DNA of 64,000 nt from an uncultured Elusimicrobia bacterium (GTDB lineage Bacteria; Elusimicrobiota; Elusimicrobia; 2-01-FULL-59-12). Under the pieces are notes generated by a model. The model made no database searches and was not told the origin of the DNA. It saw only the letters and a program-made list of their open reading frames with translations. Made by a program: the position numbers and the translations under genes. The stretch lies in contig OY969767.1 of NCBI GenBank assembly GCA_963702895.1, positions 2,016,001 to 2,080,000 of the forward strand. The letters are read 5' to 3'. The first letter of the stretch is position 1. Each line of letters opens with the position of its first letter. Positions 27,770-36,858 of the stretch are shown here, in pieces.

Positions 27770-29814
27770 TATTTGCTTTTCACCTCAAAAACACCATCCC
27801 AATCGTCCGCCGGTGGTGTCTCCATAAACATTTCGGCTCTTTGAATATAGGCCATACTGGCCTTATCTTGTCCCAAGATTTGTGTGACTTCAAGGAATTT
27901 CTTTTTAGCTAAATCGAATTGTTTTTCCGTGAAAAGTTGTATGGCCTCATGGTGAATGGGAAGGGCCTTTTGCCAGACGGGATCAAGCCCCCCTTTCTCC
28001 GCCAGGAGCTCGTAGACCTTCACAGGTTTGGCCTTGCCGGGAACCCGGATCTTGTCCAGAAAGCGCACCTCAAATTGGTCATGGACCATTTCATAAGTAA
28101 ATTCGCTGATCATGATGGAGGAGCCAAAAGCCTTATTGGCCCCTTCCAGGCGCGATCCCAGATTCACATTATCCCCCATCACCGTGAACTGTTTCTTTTG
28201 GGCGGACCCCATATAGCCCGCCGCCATGATCCCGGTGTTGATGCCGATCCGCGCGCCGAGCGCCACAATGCCACCCCTCTTTTTAAGATCTTCGTTCAAA
28301 TCCTTCAGGCGCTTAGCGCTGCCAAGCGCGCAGCGACACGCGCGCTCGGCGTGGTCGGGCTGTTTGAGCAGTCCATTCCAGAACGCCATGATGCCGTCGC
28401 CCATGTACTTGTCGACGTAGCCGCCGTTTTCAAAGATCACGTCCGTCATCGACGTAAGATAGTGATTGAGCAAGTCCACCAACTCTTCCGGTTGAAGCCT
28501 CTCCGAAATCGAGGTGAAGCCCGCCAAATCCGAAAAAAACACGGTCATCTCGCGGCGCTCCCCTGTTTTTTTCAAGATCTCCGGGTTCTCCATAAGAACG
28601 TCAAGAAGTTCGCCAGAGACTTGCTGGCTGAAAAACGATTTCACCAGGCGCTTCTCGCGTTCCTCCGTAAAGAATCGATAAATGACAATGGCGCCATACG
28701 AGGTGAGAAGTGTCAGAAGAGGCCCCGCCATGTCCATGACGACTTGCCGGCTCGTAAAGAGCCATTGCGCGTATCCGACGAAGGCCGCTCCCGCCAAAAG
28801 CGCCCACAGAGCCCCCGCCCACGCCGATGCTCGAACAAGAAGCAGTCCCGCCAAAAGCGCGAACATCGCGATCCCCACATAGGTCCATTTCACTTTTTCC
28901 AGGCGGAGTGCGTTGAGCCTCAGCAGGTTGTCAATGACGTTGGCGTGGAACTCCACGCCAGGCATGAAACTGGAAGTTGGCGTCGGATAATGGTCAAAGG
29001 TTCCTGTGGCGCTTGAGCCGACCAGCAGCACTTTCCCCGCCAGGTTCTTCGCCGGAAACTGGCCGCGGAGCACATCCGCGTAGGGGATGTAGGGAAACGT
29101 ATAGTCTTTCCCCACAAAATTTAAAAGCATACGGCCCTTCTCGTCACGCGGCACCAGGCGCAGGACCTCACTCGGTTCCTTGCCCAAATAGAGCGCCGCG
29201 GCTTCCACCGATAGGAGCGCGATCTCTTGGCCTTGGACAGTGACTTGTCCACGGGCACTGCGAAGCACACCATCTTCATCGATAAAGGCGTTGACGTAGC
29301 CGGCCCTCCCGATCGCGTCCAGGAGGGCGGAGAAAGGGAGTTGAACCTGAACGATTTCATCTCCCTCGCTTTGGAAAAAGTAGGAATGGACCACCCAGGG
29401 ATATCGCTGGGTGGCGCGAACCAGCATGCGGTCCCCCACCGTATCCAACGAGAAGGGCTCAAGGAAGAGTACATCAAAGGCGAGAGCCTTGGGAGGATTC
29501 TTGGCAAGGCGATCGATCAGATTCGCATGGATGCGCCGTGGCCATGGCCACTGATGAAGTTCTTTGAGAGATTTTTCATCGATCGCGATGATGGCGACGT
29601 CCGGGTGGGGTTTTCGATCCCCTTGAATCTTAAATCGCCAATCGAGACAGGCCCACTCCAGGCGCTGCATGAGATAGGCAGCGTTGTAATCGGCAGGATG
29701 TTTGTGGGTTGCCTCCGCCTTGAGAAAGTAATGCTCGCGGCGCGCTTCCAGGAAAGCCCAGAAGGCAGCGACGACGAGCGCTAGAAGAAGACTTATCCAG
29801 TGACTTTTTCGCAT
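27769..29814 (-). CDS. CHASE2-domain class III adenylate/guanylate cyclase
   Basis: IDEKSL..WPWPR, PGVEFHAN, three TM helices, FFSDLAGFTSISE, DKYMGDGIMAFW, GDNVNLGSRLEG. Confidence 0.93.
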   Translation of the reverse strand: MRKSHWISLLLALVVAAFWAFLEARREHYFLKAEATHKHPADYNAAYLMQRLEWACLDWRFKIQGDRKPHPDVAIIAIDEKSLKELHQWPWPRRIHANLIDRLAKNPPKALAFDVLFLEPFSLDTVGDRMLVRATQRYPWVVHSYFFQSEGDEIVQVQLPFSALLDAIGRAGYVNAFIDEDGVLRSARGQVTVQGQEIALLSVEAAALYLGKEPSEVLRLVPRDEKGRMLLNFVGKDYTFPYIPYADVLRGQFPAKNLAGKVLLVGSSATGTFDHYPTPTSSFMPGVEFHANVIDNLLRLNALRLEKVKWTYVGIAMFALLAGLLLVRASAWAGALWALLAGAAFVGYAQWLFTSRQVVMDMAGPLLTLLTSYGAIVIYRFFTEEREKRLVKSFFSQQVSGELLDVLMENPEILKKTGERREMTVFFSDLAGFTSISERLQPEELVDLLNHYLTSMTDVIFENGGYVDKYMGDGIMAFWNGLLKQPDHAERACRCALGSAKRLKDLNEDLKKRGGIVALGARIGINTGIMAAGYMGSAQKKQFTVMGDNVNLGSRLEGANKAFGSSIMISEFTYEMVHDQFEVRFLDKIRVPGKAKPVKVYELLAEKGGLDPVWQKALPIHHEAIQLFTEKQFDLAKKKFLEVTQILGQDKASMAYIQRAEMFMETPPADDWDGVFEVKSK

Positions 29815-29930
29815 CTTTATAGTTTAAGACTTACGCTGCATTGCGGTCACCCCGGTGAAAACCGGGGTCCATCATTATTCAAGTGATGGATTCCGGCTTT
29901 CGCCGGAATGACGATCGGTTTTCGCAAGTT

Positions 29931-31217
29931 TTACGCTGTCTCTAAGGAATAAAGATGCGAGATTAAGAGCGATTTTTCAATGGTTTTTTGTGTTCCGGTG
30001 GAAAAAGTTTTGAACGTCACCTTGCCTTGCTTGACTTCGTCTTCGCCTAGAATGACCGCGTGACCGGCGCCGATCCGGTCCGCGATCGTGAGTTGAGCGC
30101 TCAGTTTCTTCTCAAAGAAGCCTCCATCGAACCTGATGTCTCTGGCCGCAAGCGTCTTGTCCTGCCGAAGCTGTTCAAGGAGAACGAACGCTTCCTGGGA
30201 AGCTTTCTCCCCCATCGCCGCCACAAATATGATGTCCCGGCGTCCCGGCGTCCCGGCGTCTTTCCCTCCAGCCGCCTGCATCGCCTGAATCGCTCGCTCC
30301 ACCCCCATCGCAAACCCAAGCGCCGGCACATCAGGTCCCCCCAGCTCTTGAACCAATTGGTCGTACCGGCCACCGGCCGCCAACGCGTCTTGAGCACCCA
30401 GCACCGAAGTCGTCACTTCGAAAATCGTGCGACTGTAGTAATCGAGCCCTCGCACCAGTCCAGGCACAACCTCAAAGGCGACCCGGGCTGCTTGGAGATA
30501 TCGTACGACGTCGTCAAAATGTGTCCGGCAAGGCGCGCACCAGAACTTGTCGATCGTCGGCGCGTCTTGGAGCTTCGGGCCATCCACTTTGCAATCCAGG
30601 GCTCGGAGTGGGTTCTTGTCGTAGCGCGTCTGGCAGTCCTCACAAAGCGTAGAGAGTTTGCTCTTCAAATACGCTCGCAGGGCCTGTAAATAGGGGGGAC
30701 GGCATTGCGCGTCGCCGAGGCTGTTGATCTTAAGACGCGCGTCCTGGATGCCGACACCCAGGAAGAGCTTCTCGATCAGGCTCAAGAGCTCCGCATCAGC
30801 GACGGGAGAGGCATTGGCAAAATACTCCGCGCCAATCTGCCAAAACTCCCGGTAGCGCCCCGCCTGGGGACGCTCGGCGCGGAACATTGGCCCTATGTAA
30901 AACAGCTTGCAAAATGGAGCATTTTGAGATAAATGATGCTCGATTAAAGCCCGCACGACGCCGGCGGTCCCTTCCGGTCTTAGCGCGAGCTTGCGGCCGC
31001 CGCGGTCCTCGAAAACGTACATCTCCTTTTGTACGACATCGGTGGTTTCACCGAGGGACCTTTGAAAGAGATCGACGGACTCAAAGGTGGGCGTGCGAAT
31101 TTCTTGGTAGCCGTAGCATTTGAAAAGGTCCCGCGCGTGGACCTCGAGGCGCTCAAACTGAGCGGCATCTTGCGGGAGGATATCCTTGGTGCCACGAATC
31201 GCTTGGTACTTGGGCAT
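29931..31217 (-). CDS. hisS: Histidine--tRNA ligase
   Basis: RGTKDILP, KEMY, LRPEGTA, ERPQAGRYREF, LVRGLDYY, GGRYD. Confidence 0.98.
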   Translation of the reverse strand: MPKYQAIRGTKDILPQDAAQFERLEVHARDLFKCYGYQEIRTPTFESVDLFQRSLGETTDVVQKEMYVFEDRGGRKLALRPEGTAGVVRALIEHHLSQNAPFCKLFYIGPMFRAERPQAGRYREFWQIGAEYFANASPVADAELLSLIEKLFLGVGIQDARLKINSLGDAQCRPPYLQALRAYLKSKLSTLCEDCQTRYDKNPLRALDCKVDGPKLQDAPTIDKFWCAPCRTHFDDVVRYLQAARVAFEVVPGLVRGLDYYSRTIFEVTTSVLGAQDALAAGGRYDQLVQELGGPDVPALGFAMGVERAIQAMQAAGGKDAGTPGRRDIIFVAAMGEKASQEAFVLLEQLRQDKTLAARDIRFDGGFFEKKLSAQLTIADRIGAGHAVILGEDEVKQGKVTFKTFSTGTQKTIEKSLLISHLYSLETA

Positions 31218-31511
31218 GGTGAGATTATAGACAAAGTGGAGAATATCTTGAATTTATTCCACGAACTTGGAGCAGTAATTTGAGCATTGATGCTCGACTG
31301 AAGAGTCTTGTCTTTTTTGCCGTCATACCGGCGAACGCCGGTATCCATCATTTCCATCGGAGCATGATAGACCCCGTCCGCCACACGGCAGGGCGGACGG
31401 CCCCCGCCAAACTTCCGGCGAGGCCTCGCCAGCCGTGTGGCGGGCGCCGGATGTGTGGAGGGCCGGCTTTCGCCGGGGTGACGCCCAAATTGAATATTTT
31501 TGGCTAAGCCC

Positions 31512-33524
31512 ATGGATTCTCAAATCAAAACAGATGGACTCTTTTTCTTAAGGCGGAACTCGCTCTTTGGTCAATTGGGCGATGATGTCCTGGAGGAGCT
31601 CGTCGCCAAACTCCGAGTTGTCCAAATGGAAAAAGGGAGAGTGATCCTTCAAGCGGAGGAGCCTTGCGACATTCTCTATCTCATCCGCAACGGACACGTC
31701 AGAATCTCGTCCAAGGCCAGCGTCACGGACAACGAAAAAACTCTCGATTACCTGGGCCGGGGCGACGCGCTGGGTGAACTCTCCCTTCTCACAGGAGAGC
31801 CTCAGGTTTTCCAGGTCATCACCGCGACGCCCTGCGAGTTTCTCACGCTCTCAAAATCTGACTTTGACGATGTTCTGGAACACCACCCGCTCGTCGGGAT
31901 GCAGCTCTCACGAGCGCTGTCCAAACGCCTTGCCGTGTCCATTAACCCTCGGGAGGAGAAGCCCAGCCAGCCTCAGGTGATTTCTCTGGTTGCCGCGCTG
32001 CCCCATGAGGCCATGATGATCTTGACGATTAACCTGGCGATCGCTTTCGTCGAGCAAACGCGGCGCCGCGTCCTGGTGCTGGATGCTGGGCTGCGCTCAG
32101 GCGACATGGCACGCGCCTTGGGGCTGACTTCGCCTCCGGCTCAAGAAGCCTTGCACAGGGCCGAGGACCTTCTGGATCTTCAAATTCTTCACAAACTGCT
32201 CGCGATCCACCCTTCCGGCTTAGAATTCCTCTCCTTGCCGCCGAAGCTCCTCAAGGAAAGCCTCTTCAACGCGGTCCCTTCGTTTATGAGCTTTCTCAAA
32301 GACCATTATGATTTCGTTTTGACCCTGGCCCCCGTCGAGAAGGACCCTTTGAGCCAGATGCTGCTTCAGGAGTCGGACCATATTTTCTTCATCTCCTGGG
32401 ACCAAGCGGACGATCTCGTGACACCCTCTCACGAAACGCTGCAGAACAATATGAAGGACCCGACGATCCCCGTGCAAACCGTCCGTCTGCTCCATCCCAG
32501 CCGCGCCCTGGCAGGCACGGCAACGGCTGATTTTCGTGTCCCCTGGAGCGAACTGTATCATCAACCCTTTCGCGAGAGCGGGTCCCCTTATCTTCCGATG
32601 GCCATCGCGAAGCCAGCGGTGGCGGCGCTTGAGCGCATCGCCCGCACCTTGGCGCATCTTCAGGTGGGCCTGGCGATGGGCTCCGGCGCGGCTTATGGTT
32701 ATGCCTTGATCGGGATTCTCAAGGTCTTCGAAAGAGAGGGCATCCCGATCGACATGGTGGCCGGCACCTCGATGGGAGCCTTGCTGGGTAGTTTTTACTG
32801 CGCGGGGAAATCCCCTGAGGAGATCCGCGAGATCGCAAAAACCATAACCAAACATTGGTTGCGCCACAACATCTTGGGTGATCTCACTTTTCCTCATGGA
32901 GGGTTCCTCGCAGGACAAACCTTAAGCGCCTTCTTGCGCAGCGTTCTGGGTCATGTGGAATTTAGCCAATTGCATCGGCCTTTCGCCGCCATTGCGACCG
33001 ACATCCGCTACGGTGAAGAGGTGGTGATCCGGGAAGGGCGTGTCGCCGACGCCGTCCGCGCCTCCACGTCCCTCCCCATTATTTTCAGGCCCTTCCTCCA
33101 CAGAGGGCACTATTTGGTCGATGGCGGTCTCACGAACCCCGTGCCGACGTCCGTGGTCGCCAAGATGGGCGCTGATATTCTGGTTTCGGTAAACCTGACG
33201 GCAAAGCCTTCCGTCCGTCGAGGTCTTGCCAGCGAAAAAAAGATATTCCCCCTTGCCCCACGCTCCCCCGGCATGGCGGAGGTGTTCTTCAAGATGCTCT
33301 ACACCATGCAGTACGAGATCGCTCAAGCCAGGACCGAAATCGCTCATGTGGTGATCGCGCCGGACATGCACGACTTTCTCTGGACGGAATTTCATAGGTC
33401 AGAGGAGATTTCGAAGGTGGGCGAAGCGGCCGCAGAGGAGGCGGTCGCCAAGGTCAAAGCCCACCTGCCTTTCTTCTCGGACTACTGTAAAGTTCCTCTC
33501 GGGATTTCTCTTCGGGCTTACTAA
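31512..33524 (+). CDS. cNMP-binding plus patatin-like phospholipase (NTE/RssA-like)
   Basis: CAP-type domain (GDALGELSLL), GSGAAYG, GTSMG and DGG; ATG at 31512. Confidence 0.88.
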   Translation: MDSQIKTDGLFFLRRNSLFGQLGDDVLEELVAKLRVVQMEKGRVILQAEEPCDILYLIRNGHVRISSKASVTDNEKTLDYLGRGDALGELSLLTGEPQVFQVITATPCEFLTLSKSDFDDVLEHHPLVGMQLSRALSKRLAVSINPREEKPSQPQVISLVAALPHEAMMILTINLAIAFVEQTRRRVLVLDAGLRSGDMARALGLTSPPAQEALHRAEDLLDLQILHKLLAIHPSGLEFLSLPPKLLKESLFNAVPSFMSFLKDHYDFVLTLAPVEKDPLSQMLLQESDHIFFISWDQADDLVTPSHETLQNNMKDPTIPVQTVRLLHPSRALAGTATADFRVPWSELYHQPFRESGSPYLPMAIAKPAVAALERIARTLAHLQVGLAMGSGAAYGYALIGILKVFEREGIPIDMVAGTSMGALLGSFYCAGKSPEEIREIAKTITKHWLRHNILGDLTFPHGGFLAGQTLSAFLRSVLGHVEFSQLHRPFAAIATDIRYGEEVVIREGRVADAVRASTSLPIIFRPFLHRGHYLVDGGLTNPVPTSVVAKMGADILVSVNLTAKPSVRRGLASEKKIFPLAPRSPGMAEVFFKMLYTMQYEIAQARTEIAHVVIAPDMHDFLWTEFHRSEEISKVGEAAAEEAVAKVKAHLPFFSDYCKVPLGISLRAY

Positions 33525-33547
33525 CCATAAATCTTCGATTCTACGTA

Positions 33548-33640
33548 CCCCCCCTCTCCCGGCGTAAGACGGGAGAGGGCGGGGGTGAGGGCTAATCGTG
33601 CCCTCATCCTAGCCTTCTCCCGCCTTCGGCGGGAGAAGGA
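33548..33640. repeat. CCCTCTCCC...GGGAGAGGG / CCCTCACCC palindromic repeat family; also at 60805-60916 and 63543-63598
   Basis: CTCTCCCGGCGTAAGACGGGAGAG here is nearly the reverse complement of CTCTCCCGTCTTACGCCGGGAGAAG near 63571. Confidence 0.8.
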
Positions 33641-33706
33641 ACAATAAAGGACGGGTTTGTCCATCGGTCATAAGGGGAACGACATGCCGGGATGACAGCC
33701 TAAAAC

Positions 33707-34870
33707 CTACTTCGTGTCGGGATGGGTGTCCGGTTCGTTGTGTTTGAGCGCGGCTTTTCGGCGGGCCATTTCTTCATTGGCGGTGCGCCGGAGTCCTGAT
33801 TCCAGCTGTTTGAGGGACGTCCGGAGTGCTTCTTCTTCTCTTCGAAAACGGGCCGAGAGCTCCGCCTCACGCCTGGCCGCTTGCTGTTCCAACTCAAGGC
33901 GCTTGACCTCCAGCGCCCCTTCTTTTGCTTGCAGATCGGCCAAATACTTTTCGCGAAGGGCGGTTTCCTTTTCCTGAAAGAGAGTCTCAAGGGCCTTTTC
34001 TTTTTCGGCGCGCGCTGCCTCGAGACCCTGCAGTTTTTGTTCATACATGGACTGAAGTTCCAGCCGTTCCTGATGGAGCGACCCCAGGCGGGACTGGTAT
34101 TGCGCCTGCCATGTTGATTCGGTTTGCGCGCGCGCCTGCTCCATCTGCTTCCAGGCTTCTTCCTCGCGCGCGCGCCAGAGCGCTTCCAGCTCCTGCCGTT
34201 TGCGATGGAATTCTGTTTGCCATGTTTCTTCTCGCGCCGCTCGCTCCACCTCGGTGCGCTGCAGAGCATCTTTCAATTCTGTCTTCTCTTTAGCCCACTG
34301 CGCTTTGAGCTCCCGAACCTCTCGATCTTTTTCACTTTGAGCGACCTCGAGGGCTTCTTGGAGGGTATGCCTGGACCGCTCTAAGATGGAGATGATCTCC
34401 GACTGGGCCCTGTGCTCAAAGGCGATTTTTTCCTGCTCAAGCCTCTGCACATCGCGCTCTCGGTCATCATGCATCTCTTTGACCCTGGCCAGTTCCGCTT
34501 CCCTGAGCTCGCGCGCCTTTTGCCACTCTTGCAGAAGGGTTTGCAGTTTTGTGATCTGGGCTTGCCACTTCTCATGCTCTTCGGCCGCGATCTCCTGTCG
34601 CAGTTGCGAGGAGAGCTCGGACTTATACTCCTGAAGAAGCGTCTGACTCTCTTGCCAACGGTCGTGGATCTCGGAGAGGCGCTGTTCCATCGTTTCGACG
34701 CGCGCCTTCCAGGCTTTTTCGCGCACGACCAGTTCCTGATTCTCCGATTTGAGGCTGGTCATCATGTCCTGAAGGTTTCGTAAAGACGCGACGGCTCCGC
34801 GCAGGGCGAGCCTTGCCGTATCAAGGTCAGACACGTCGTGAGAAGAGGAGGGCTCTTCGCTAGCGCTCAT
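33707..34870 (-). CDS. Long coiled-coil protein
   Basis: E/Q/K/R/L-rich heptad pattern throughout; start abuts the upstream stop. Confidence 0.8.
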   Translation of the reverse strand: MSASEEPSSSHDVSDLDTARLALRGAVASLRNLQDMMTSLKSENQELVVREKAWKARVETMEQRLSEIHDRWQESQTLLQEYKSELSSQLRQEIAAEEHEKWQAQITKLQTLLQEWQKARELREAELARVKEMHDDRERDVQRLEQEKIAFEHRAQSEIISILERSRHTLQEALEVAQSEKDREVRELKAQWAKEKTELKDALQRTEVERAAREETWQTEFHRKRQELEALWRAREEEAWKQMEQARAQTESTWQAQYQSRLGSLHQERLELQSMYEQKLQGLEAARAEKEKALETLFQEKETALREKYLADLQAKEGALEVKRLELEQQAARREAELSARFRREEEALRTSLKQLESGLRRTANEEMARRKAALKHNEPDTHPDTK

Positions 34871-36813
34871 TAGAAATTTGCGGCGGGACGCAGTTGCCGT
34901 TGGAGGCGGGCCTTCTGCTTCTGCATGACCTTCTCGAACCGATCAATTTCACGCAACACCTTGGAGAGGGGCTCCAGTGTCCTGCCCTGTGCGATGTTAT
35001 GCCATGTTTCGAGCTTGTATTCATCCATCCCAATCAGAATCTCTTCGACCATCGCCAAAAGGGCCGGTGCCAGACCTGGGATCCGCCGCAAGAGAACCGC
35101 GGAGAGACGTCCCACCTCTGAGCCGACCTCCTCCTGCTGGGCGGCGGGACGAGGAACGACCGCTAAATCATGGAAGAGTGCCGCCAAGGCCATGGCATAA
35201 CGGTGCTCGGGTGAGGCACCGGCTTCCTCAGCGCCGGTCAGGGCCATCAAGACCGTCCGCGCGACATGGGCCGGGAGATTCCCGGGCTCCACGGACCTCG
35301 CGAGGTAGCGCGCGAGCACATCATGGCCCTCGGGTAGAAACTCACTCGACTCCTGCAAAAGCGGGCTGACCGATTCCAACACCCCTTCCGGCGCCTGCAG
35401 GGCAGGCGAGTAAAGAAGTTTGGCGACTTCCACCCATCGCTCATAGAGGGAGGCCGCCTTTTGCGTCAAGGGATCGGCAGGGAGCTCCGGCGTGACCACT
35501 TCGAGCGCGACCGCGCTCGGAGGCGGTTCCGGGACGGAGGACGCCGTTGGTTGAGCCGATGGGACTTTCCACAAGCCATCGAGAGGCAAAGGTTCGGAGA
35601 CGATCTTCTTCGACTTTTTGGCGCGCCTCATCACGACACCCAGAAGGGCCACCGCCAGAACGCCTCCGGCCAGAACAGGCCAGCCCTCCACCCGCCGGGG
35701 CCATGTCGGCTTCTGGAACGGACGCGCTAAGGTCCATAAGGATTTGGCTTGTTTCTCTTCCTTCGCCAGCGCCTCTGCGCGGCGGCCGAGGTAGCCCATC
35801 CAGACTTTGGTCTCATTGATCTGACGATCATAAATCGAGAGTTTCTCGGTCAATCGGGTGGATCGGCGCCCTGTTTTTCCAAGCAATTCTTTAATTTGTT
35901 GACCCAACTGAGCGATATCGGTGTGCGTCGGGTAATTTTCAATCAAGAGGTTCCTGCGGGCTTTTAAGGACTCAATTTGGGCGATGAGCTGCGCGTTCGG
36001 CGTGGTCGGGACGGGGCCCATGAGGAGCGCCTTGCGTTCAAGAGCAAGCTGCTTCAAATTTGTCTCGAGGTTCTGTTGCTGTTTCTGGAACGTTACCACC
36101 TTCTTGTGGAGGGCGTCCTTTTCTCGGGCCAGAGAAGACGCGATGACCGCTTGGACGACCCTGCTTAAGCGCTCCATCAGCTTGCCTGGCATGGACGCCG
36201 TGCCACGGACGAGTATCTGAGGCGGCTCGCCAGGGACCTTTTCGAGGGTCGCCTCCGCCAATGGAATGGAAGGGTCCGCACGAAGTTGTCCCACTTCTTC
36301 TTCCAGATTCTTGGGGTCCCCCCCATAAACGAGGGTGGCTTCTGATTCAAACCTCAACCGTGGAAGGCGCAGATATTGAGGTTTCAAGAAGGAGTGGAAA
36401 TCGATCGATTTTTTGGCGGGGGCCTGGGCTTGCGTGCGGGCCAACTCCAGCTTCTGGTTCAGTGCCGTGTATTCCGCTTCCAGTTGCGGCAGTTTCTCGA
36501 GCGCCGTGCGCATGGTGGCAATTTGCTCATCCAGGATTTTGATGTCCGGGTGCCCGTTGGGATAATGGCGAAGGAGCTGGTTTTTTCGTCCTTCAAGATC
36601 GATCATACGACCCGCGAGAGATCCGCCGGGACGCAGCTGCTTAATACGAACGATAAATTCTTGCTTTTGAGCGGAAAGGCGCTCGACTTCAGGGCTCGTC
36701 GCGGCTCGTGCATGGGCTTCCTTAATAATAAATGGGGAGTAGCTGGGCCACCACCGGACCCCAAGAATTCCGACGATCACCACCAGGACAACGAAAATTA
36801 GGATTTTCTTCAT
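34870..36813 (-). CDS. Membrane protein: Wzc/GumC-like periplasmic coiled coil plus cytoplasmic degenerate HD-like domain
   Basis: N-terminal TM, two YP.HP/HT.DI motifs, second TM, then HVARTV...AALFHDL. Confidence 0.55.
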   Translation of the reverse strand: MKKILIFVVLVVIVGILGVRWWPSYSPFIIKEAHARAATSPEVERLSAQKQEFIVRIKQLRPGGSLAGRMIDLEGRKNQLLRHYPNGHPDIKILDEQIATMRTALEKLPQLEAEYTALNQKLELARTQAQAPAKKSIDFHSFLKPQYLRLPRLRFESEATLVYGGDPKNLEEEVGQLRADPSIPLAEATLEKVPGEPPQILVRGTASMPGKLMERLSRVVQAVIASSLAREKDALHKKVVTFQKQQQNLETNLKQLALERKALLMGPVPTTPNAQLIAQIESLKARRNLLIENYPTHTDIAQLGQQIKELLGKTGRRSTRLTEKLSIYDRQINETKVWMGYLGRRAEALAKEEKQAKSLWTLARPFQKPTWPRRVEGWPVLAGGVLAVALLGVVMRRAKKSKKIVSEPLPLDGLWKVPSAQPTASSVPEPPPSAVALEVVTPELPADPLTQKAASLYERWVEVAKLLYSPALQAPEGVLESVSPLLQESSEFLPEGHDVLARYLARSVEPGNLPAHVARTVLMALTGAEEAGASPEHRYAMALAALFHDLAVVPRPAAQQEEVGSEVGRLSAVLLRRIPGLAPALLAMVEEILIGMDEYKLETWHNIAQGRTLEPLSKVLREIDRFEKVMQKQKARLQRQLRPAANF

Positions 36814-36858
36814 AAAACCTCCTGCCTTAGCCTAGCTGGATTAGCGCTATTTTCAACC

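Noticed and set aside
27769..33524. CBASS/Pycsar-like cyclase plus patatin defence system
   Set aside because: The cyclase is a membrane CHASE2 signalling type, separated from the patatin by hisS and on the opposite strand.
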